In this document: positions 56,055 through 64,000 of the stretch, one piece after another
Position numbering within the stretch: position 1 is the stretch's first letter
Layout: the number at the start of each line of letters is the position of its first letter
Assembly (NCBI GenBank): GCA_964016885.1
Contig: OZ024740.1
Coordinates: 152,954,001-153,018,000, forward strand
Reading direction: 5' to 3'
DNA from: Eledone cirrhosa
Taxonomy: Eukaryota
Length of the DNA stretch: 64,000 bases
Notes under the pieces: model-generated
What the model was told of the DNA's origin: nothing
The model's input: only the letters and a program-made list of their open reading frames with translations
The model's database searches: none
Program-made: the position numbers and the translations under genes

Positions 56055-56241
56055 CTTGGTGCCAAACACAAACTTTGGAGGTGTCAGTTGTAACATATAA
56101 GGGCTGAGTTCCTCTTGGATAGACTCAATGTCACCATATTCATGTTCTCGCTGAAGTGTTACTATTATCAAACGTTGAACATTAGCATCCTTCTGTAGTT
56201 GTCGACGTCCAGAATTAGAGGCAAACATCCAATCTACTTCT
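56055..56241 (-). CDS. METTL13: METTL13 exon
   Basis: REVDWMFASNSGRRQL...RLIIVTLQR...IQEELS; phase 2/0. Confidence 0.93.
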
Positions 56242-57287
56242 CTGAAGGATTAAAGAATGAAATATTACAGTATAGTATAAAGAGAGTGAGATGAACACCA
56301 CATCATCATTTAAGGAACATTTTCCCTGCTTGCAAGGGTTAGACAAATTATCACAGACCCAAGTCAGTACTTAATCAGAGCTACTAACATCTCAGATGGG
56401 CCGGGGTCACACATTTCACAAATGTTCCTGTGCTCTACAGAATGCACCATGTGCTTTTTATCATGGCACTAGAAATAGGGAGGTTGCCATGTCTTTGACA
56501 TAACTAAATAATCCTCACATCCCTTTTTGGGGGGCAGCTTTTCTACAGCTGTAAATGAATGTTAAAAGGAAATGAGCCTATCGTCAGATGAAACCAAAGA
56601 AACCATGTTTCAATGATCTTCTCATTGTTAGTACTATCTGTCAATGACATCCCATGACAGAAGTGTTACTGCTTTTCCAGTGACTGGAAGCAGGATTTGA
56701 GCTCAGAGTTGGAACAGATGTTGCAAAACAGACACCATCTAACTCTTTAATAATTTCACTAATTTACCACCCCTGGACTGATACTTTATTTACTGACCTC
56801 AAAACAATGAAAGGCATTTAATCCAACACTTACAACTTTGCCAATTTACCAAACTCCTTATTTTCAATTTGGTATTCATGCCAATTTTTACCTATGGTCA
56901 TGAATCTTGGTTAATGATTGAAAAAATACAATCACGAATACAAGCGGCCAAAATGGGGTTCTTCCAAAGGGTCTTAGATGAATTGCTGATGCAGACCATT
57001 GCTATTTTCTTTTTCAAATCCTACCATTTTCTGAATAAAATAGTTTGGCTCTTTTAATTGCTGAAGTCCTATACCACATGTAAAGAACAAAACAGTACAA
57101 TAACTGCATCACATTAAAAATTACCATAGTGAAAGACATTGCCTATGATTGTAATATTTAATGTGATGCAGTCATAAAGCTGTTTTGTACTTTTCAAGAA
57201 TGTCTTGCTAATGTAGTTTCATGTGGTACAGAACATTAAGAATTAATAGATTCAATTTAAGTTTGGACAGAAAATAGGTTTACTTAC

Positions 57288-57422
57288 CTTCTTAATGGGA
57301 CAATAAATACAGCATATTTCGTCTGATAAGACTTCAGAGAATCTACAACATAGAGGATGTATCTAGAACATTCTAGATTCTCAGAGTACAATTCCAGAAC
57401 AACCTGCTCATCTGCTAATGTA
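57288..57422 (-). CDS. METTL13: METTL13 exon
   Basis: YTLADEQVVLELY...RYILYVVDS...YAVFIVPLR; phase 2/2; not in the ORF track. Confidence 0.92.
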
Positions 57423-59202
57423 CTGAAACAGATAAAGACAAGAGGAAATTATAGTAATGACAAAAGGTGTTCAGCTTGTAAGTGTATGTGTGAGTCTGTC
57501 TATGTGTGTTTGTACATGTATATGTGAGATTGTTTATGTGTATGTCTAGGAATTAGAACTGAATGTTCAACCTAGAAACTGATGGAGGTCCCATCACCAC
57601 CATTACCACTATATTGTGTCCCCAAGCAAGACAGATAACATTATTACTGAAGTTAAAATATAAAATACAAAAGCAGTGTTAGTGCCATGAAAAAAATGCA
57701 CCCAGTACACTCTGTAAAGTGGTTGGCATTAGGAAGAGCATTCAGCCATAGAAACCATGCCAAATATGGAATGTATGAGCAAGATGAGTTGATCCAACCC
57801 ATCAAATATGACAGCATAGAAAGCAGGTGTAAAATGATGATGATGCAGTGAATTAGCAGAGTTGTTAGAGCAACTGAGTAAATGCTTCAGTATTTGTTCC
57901 AGCTCTTTGTGCTCTGAGATCAAATGACACCAAGGTCAACTTTGCCTTTCATCCTTCTGGTGTTGACAAATAACATACCAGTCGAGGATTAGTAGAATTG
58001 TTAGTGTATGATGGAATGCTTTGTAGTATCTGTTCTGACTCAACACATTATCAGTTCAAATGTCACCTCATTCCAATAGAAGTTGCCATTGACAGATAGT
58101 ATCCACAATGGAAAGACCAATGGAAACATAGTTTCCTTGGTTTCATCTGAATGTTGATTTATTTCCATATTTTATCTTTTTGTACCCTGCGCATTAGAAT
58201 ATTGAGTAGAATGTTTTGCAGTTTTTGTTCCGGCTCATTGCACTCTAAGTTTAAATCCCACCAAGGCCAACTTTGCCTTTCATTCTTTCAAGGTCAATAA
58301 ATAGAGTACCAGACCAGTACTGGTATCAATTCTTCCTCTATATCTCTTTCTCTGGAAGAAATCAGCTGTGTTCAGACCCAGAGAGAAAATGGGTTCTGTT
58401 AGGTCTAAGAAATGCTCAAGAACTGCTGTTTATCACTACAGCATCCCTACAACTCCACCAGGAATTACGTGTTAAAGGAAAGGAACCCTGAGTACTTATA
58501 ACATTCTGGTGTTGATTAATTTGACTACACTATTAGTCTGAGTTCAAATCCCACCAAGAGTCTTCAAATTTGCCTGGCATCTGACAACTTCTGTAGTGCT
58601 GGTGTCATGATTAAATGCACCCACTCCATTATATAAAGTGGTAGTGGAAAATGCACTCATGCTGGTCTTCTGAAAAACATACCCAACACACCCTGTAAAG
58701 AGTTAAGTGTTAGCGCCACAATAAACTGCACCCAGTCCAATCTGTAAAGTGGTAGTAGAAAAACGCACTCATACTGGTGTCCAGAAAAACATAACCCAGC
58801 ATACCCTGTAAAGTGTATGAGCAAGATGAGTTGGTGCCACAACTGCACCCAGTCAACTATGTAAAGAGGCAGTGCAGGTGTCATGAAAAACACAGCCAAC
58901 ACATCTTGTAAGGTGGCTGACAATTGAAAAGGCATCAGCAATAGAAACCAAATATAGAATATAATGAGCAAGATTAATCACTCTAAAATGTTTGGTCTTA
59001 AGACACAACTCATCCAACCCATGCCAACATGGATAGAGGACATAAAATGATGATGACGACGATGGTGTCACTGGAAGAGCAGAGACATTTCTTCCAGGAC
59101 ATGCAAACAAATGATAGCAACCACAATAGAAAGACCAAATGGAAGCAGTTTCTTTGGTCCAATTTGATGATCAACTCCTTGCTGTAGTTTTAAGAAACTT
59201 AC

Positions 59203-59321
59203 TATTTATTTAAGTGCTGCTTCATCATTGCAAACTTCTGCATTTCGTTGATCACAGCAACAACTTCTTCTTCAGTGTCGACACGTTGCACAGAATCTAC
59301 TTGGCGAACAATTTCAAAAAT
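59203..59321 (-). CDS. METTL13: METTL13 exon
   Basis: IFEIVRQVDSVQRVDTEEEVVAVINEMQKFAMMKQHLNK; donor TA/GTAAGT, phase 0/2. Confidence 0.87.
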
Positions 59322-59850
59322 CTGTATGAAAAGAATCAGAGAAGAAATTAGTGAAAAGAAGTGGAGAGAGGGATGGATGGATAGATAAATAGAAACATCT
59401 TGTGTTCTTGGTCCCTGAACCACCTCCCTATTTTCTGCAATCAGAATGAAGAGGGAGACAATAACTCTGTAATGTGGTAGTTCTAGTGCCACAATAAAAA
59501 ATCAACCATTCCACCCTGTATGGTAGTTATGCTGGTGGCACGATAATAAGCACCTAGTGCACTTTGTCAGGTGATAGTGCTGATGCCATGAAAAACTACA
59601 CCTACCCCACTCTGTATAGTGGTAGTGCTGGTGCCATGATAAAAATCACCCAATATACCTTGTCATTTGTTTGTGTTGGTGTCATGTTAAAATGCTCCCA
59701 GTACATGGTGTAAAGTGGTTGGTTAAAAAGAGCATCCAGGCAGAGAAACCAAGCCAAATATAGAATCAGTCTAGCCTCATAACATGAAAACCCATCCAAC
59801 CCATGCAAGCATAGAAAATAGACATATGATGATGATAGTGGTAGCATTAC

Positions 59851-59974
59851 CTGTTTCATTCCAGGAATCTTCTTGAACTTTGTTATCACAACAGCAAATA
59901 CTGGCATACAGAAGGTATTTTGGTGGAGTGGCTGTTCTTCAATCTCAATACGATGGAAACGGATTGGGAAGCCC
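59851..59974 (-). CDS. METTL13: METTL13 exon
   Basis: GFPIRFHRI...MPVFAVVITKFKK; phase 2/0. Confidence 0.9.
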
Positions 59975-59999
59975 CTACAAGAGAATAGAGGAAAATACT

Positions 60000-60306
60000 T
60001 TAACCCTTTAGCATTTAAACCAACCATATCCAGCCAGAATTCTCTCACCTCTTTCTGTTCAAACCGGATGTAACTGACCACACATACTGATGTTAAGGTA
60101 TTGTTCTCAGAATAAATAATATCAAAATCTCATAGATTCAATATTATGATATTATGTGAGATAATTATCATCATCATCATCATCATCATCATCATTTTAC
60201 GTCCGCTTTTCCCAGCTTGCAAGGGTGGGACTTATTATCTGTGGTAAAGACTTTACCATGAAAATACAATAGTAAATATAGAGTAATGTAAATGCTAAAG
60301 GGTTAA
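60000..60306 (+). mobile_element. piggyBac-like MITE, family 1, with a nested SINE/LINE tail (~60167-60231)
   Basis: TTAA TSD and both TIRs intact. Confidence 0.87.
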
Positions 60307-60779
60307 TTATAATTTATAACAAATATCTATAGGAGTGGAGTGAGGTTGGGGGTTAGGACAGTCATCACTGCACCCATTACACTCTGTAAAGTGTTTGGTG
60401 ATTAAATGGAAACAATACAGAGTGGATAGAACTCTTCAGTCTGGTTAAGGCTAAGTACAGGACAATTTCTCTAGTTCTGGTGACATGATAGAATGCACCC
60501 AGTACACTCTGTAAAGAGGTAGTGCTGGTATAATGATAAAATGCACCCAGTACACTCTGTAAAGTGCAAGTGCCACAATAAAATACACCCAGCACGCTCT
60601 GTAAATAGTTGGGCTGGTGCCAAGATAAAATGCACAAAGTACACTCTGTAAAAGGCTGATATTGGGAAAGACATCCATGGTGGTGGAGGTAGTGGTGTTG
60701 TTGGCAGTGTTAGTGGTGATAATGGTGATGGTAGTGGTGATGATGATGGTTTAATATGAATTCAAGTAGTACTACTCAC

Positions 60780-60988
60780 ATCTCTGAGCTGAACTTCAAC
60801 AGTTTCCGAAGAATGTGTTCTTGTAACAATGTTACTATCAGATAACGTGCACCAAACCGCATTGTACGGGATATCTCTGAAAATGCTTTATCAATATGTG
60901 ATATGACTTCATCACTCTCATTCACCATTAAGGCATCCAGAGTCCCTTTATCAATGACAACACTAAACTCACCATCAGCAAAATCCAT
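60780..60988 (-). CDS. METTL13: METTL13 exon
   Basis: MDFADGEFSVVIDKGTLDALM...RYLIVTLLQEHIL; phase 0/2. Confidence 0.95.
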
Positions 60989-61604
60989 CTAAAGTTAAGA
61001 GAGATTGAGAGAAGAAAAAAATAACAATCACTATATTATTATTGATTTACCTTCCCTGCTACATCTTTGTGGCCCAACACTTTCCCCACTCAGGAAAGCC
61101 TGGCACACCCCAAAATGACAAACATCATCAACTTACTCACCCAGCTAGTTGCTCCAATGTCACTCCTATGGTCTGATCCTCATCACCACAAGCAGCATAT
61201 AAATGCCTCCTTTTAAGCAATCAAAAGAAGCCAGGTACACCCTACAATATGTCAGACACCACACTATCTACTTGTTTCAAGGAACCTTCCATAACCCAAC
61301 CTACACTATCAGTGCAATGTCTGTACCCCAGGGTGGTGGATTGGTAGAGTCATTAGAGCATTGGTCAAATGCAAACCAGCATTTGTTCCAGCTCTCTTAT
61401 TCTAAGTTCAAATCCTACTGAGGTCAACTTTGCCTTTCATCCTTCTGAGGGTGATAAAATGAAGTATGAGTCAGTATAATGGACTTTCTCTCCTGCCCCC
61501 TCACCATTTCAAAGGAAATTGCTGGCCTTGTGCCCAAATCAGAAAACATCATTATTATTATTATGGTGGGTTGGTCAATGCAACATAGTTGAATAGTTAA
61601 GAAG

Positions 61605-62048
61605 TCATCATCATCACCATTTTACGTCTGTTCTTCCACGCTAGCATGGGTTAGACGGGTTGTCCTGTTGTGGGCAGTGTCCGGTCGGCTGACCTTGTCT
61701 TGCTCATACAGGAACTGATTCTGGCTTGATTTCTACAGCTGGATGCCCTTCCTAATACCAACCTCATTTACAGTGAGTGCTGGATGCCTTTTTTTTTTTT
61801 TTCCGTGGTGCCTACACGTCCACTTTACAGTGTGGGCTGGGTGCTTTTTTGCCGTGGCACCTCCACAACCACTTTGCAGTGGAATGATAGGGACCCAGTC
61901 CTATCATCTCATTTCTACAGCTGAGTAAACTGGAGCAATGTGAATTAAAGTGTCTTGCTCAAGGAAACAACACATCACCCGGTCCAAGAATTGAACTCAC
62001 AACCTTTCAATTGCAAGACCAATGCTCTAACCACTAAGCCATGCACCT
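61605..62048 (-). mobile_element. SINE family A
   Basis: Matches 17409-17739 and 29414-29760. Confidence 0.85.
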
Positions 62049-62365
62049 TAAGTCTGCTTCACAAAATCAGTCCTGGGATCAATCCCATAACAACGCATCT
62101 TGATCAAGTATCTTTACCATAGCCTCGTATCAACCCATGTCTTGTGAGTGGAATTAGGTAGATGGAAACTGTTTAGAAGCCTGTCAAATAAACTAGCTTT
62201 AACTCAAAGGGCCAGCCTTGTCATACAGTGTACCCATGCTAAAAAGCATGGGTACACTGTTCTTTGGCATGTTCAGCCACACACATGTTAATTTCACTTC
62301 ACAAGCAAGCTGTTCCATTGATCAAACAACATGCATTTTTGGTAAGTTATACTCCAAATACCAAC

Positions 62366-62593
62366 TTAACCCTTTAGCATTTAAACCAGCCATATCCGGC
62401 CAGAATCTCTCACCTCTTTCTGTTCATACCAGCTGTAACTGGCTACTCATACTGATGTTAAAGTATTATTCTCAAAATAAATAATACCAAAATCTCATAG
62501 ATTCGATATTATACGAGATAATTATGTGAGGTAAAGCTTTTACTGTGAAAATATAATAGTAAATATAGAGTAATGTAAATGCTAAAGGGTTAA
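62366..62593 (+). mobile_element. piggyBac-like MITE, family 1
   Basis: TTAA TSD and TIR CCCTTTAGCATTTA. Confidence 0.88.
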
Positions 62594-62886
62594 TAAAAAT
62601 ATATCGCCATTTTTACATCCACTTCTCCATGCTAATATGAGTTGGATGAGGTGTTTTGAGACAAAGTTTTACAGTTGGATGACATTCCTGATGCCAACCC
62701 TTTTAGTGGCCTCTTACAACATGCAGAGATACAGTGTACCTATTCTAAAAACTGTTATATCATATTCTTGATTATTTCCAAAATTATTTGAAAATCATAG
62801 GCAGTGATTTTCATTAGAAATATGGAAATGAATGGATTAACTGTCAAAGATTTTGGATAAAGAAGAAGAATAGGATCAAATATTAC

Positions 62887-63115
62887 CTGGGTAACATCCA
62901 TTTTAAGAAATTTCATTTCAGGACGGTGTGACTGATTTTTGTCAAGCATTTGTTTGATGACAACAGAGCTGGTATCAATGTTTATAATATGCTTAAAACC
63001 TGCATCAAACATGTCAGCACTTAGTTGGGAGTTACCACATCCAATCATTAATACTTTATCTGAGGTTTTCACATATTTGCATAAGACTAAGCATAGATCA
63101 GTGAATTCACCATAC
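62887..63115 (-). CDS. METTL13: METTL13, first exon visible in the window (the true first exon is upstream)
   Basis: (W)YGEFTDLC...KVLMIGCGNSQLSADMFDAG...NIDTSSVVIKQM...KMDVTQ; attag acceptor, phase 2/0. Confidence 0.95.
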
Positions 63116-63329
63116 CTAATGGAAAGAGAGAAATCATAAATTAAATATTAAACGTTTCTTAAAAATATCATTACAACTTTTAACTCTTAACATCCTACAT
63201 GAAACCACATTAGCAAGAGATTGTGGAAAAATACAAAACAGCACTATGACATGAAAAATTAAAGTCTTTAATTCAGTTTATTGTTCCTGAGGCACGCATT
63301 CTGCACTACAATGGAGGGGATCTCCTGTG

Positions 63330-63995
63330 CACCAGAAAGGACGGCAGGGTATTCAACCTCTCCTGTCTCAGAGTAAGGACAATGTACAAGACCCTCATCA
63401 GAGACATGCTGTTTGCCAATGATGCAGCAATTGCAACGTCCATCAGTTCACTTACCTCAGCTCCATCATCACTAACAACCTCTCTTTGGACACAGAGCTC
63501 AACAACAGGATTAGGAAGGCAGCCACAACACTTGCTCACCTCACAACCCAAGTGTGGACAAACCTCAAGTTGACAGTAAAGACCAGGCCAAGATGGCAGT
63601 GTACAACGCCTGTGCCATCAGCACATTACTGTGTGGCAGTGAGTTATGGACTACTTACACCAGACAGGAAAGGTGACTCAACACATTCCATCTGAGAAAC
63701 CTTCACCACATCCTGTTCACCACATCCTGGGTATATCTTGGCAAGATAAGTGTCCAATGACAAGATCCTGATTCATGCTGGCCTTTCAAGCATGTTCACC
63801 CTGCTCCGACAGCACTGGCTGGGACATGTCCACTGCATGAAGGATGGATGCATCCCAAAAGACATCCTTTACAGAGAGCTGGCATCTGGAAGTAGAGCCA
63901 CCGGTCGACCTCAGCTGCAATACAGGGACATTGTAAAAAGAGACCCGAAAGCCCTTGACATGAACACAGGAGTCCTTGGAGGGCCTCACAGCTAA
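63330..63995 (+). mobile_element. degraded RTE-BovB-like LINE fragment
   Basis: RKDGRVFNL, IRDMLFANDAA, LDTELNNRIRKAA, WLGHVHCMKDGCIPKDILY; internal deletion and frameshifts. Confidence 0.82.
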
Positions 63996-64000
63996 CCAAA

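Noticed and set aside
59202-59204. Apparent premature TAG in METTL13
   Set aside because: The codon is split by the donor (TA/GT) and becomes TAT after splicing; not a pseudogene

Overview
AT-rich, repeat-dense eukaryotic DNA. The repeat landscape (TA microsatellites, tRNA-derived SINEs, RTE/CR1/Penelope retroelements, TTAA MITEs) suggests an invertebrate, probably an octopod cephalopod; this is inference. Three spliced genes can be built with consistent GT-AG boundaries and exon phases. (1) H6PD, ER hexose-6-phosphate dehydrogenase/6-phosphogluconolactonase, minus strand, exons 31981-31305, 26154-26063, 22265-20671, 787 aa. (2) POLR1F/RPA43, plus strand, exons 33994-34172, 35830-36315, 38009-38072, 242 aa, head-to-head with H6PD. 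(3) METTL13 (eEF1A dual methyltransferase), minus strand, 12 exons from 63115 to 38861, first exon not seen in the window, tail-to-tail with POLR1F. The first 5.2 kb is (TA)n/(TATG) microsatellite around a 200-N gap, and its long ORFs are artefacts. The most notable non-routine signals are: at least 8 long fold-back inverted repeats, several with hammerhead-ribozyme-like fragments; inverted RTE copies flanking the SAM-motif exon of METTL13; a SINE whose target-site duplication copied a splice acceptor; a local templated insertion; and substitutions in conserved active-site motifs of H6PD and METTL13. I found no clear evidence of a wholly new protein-coding system.
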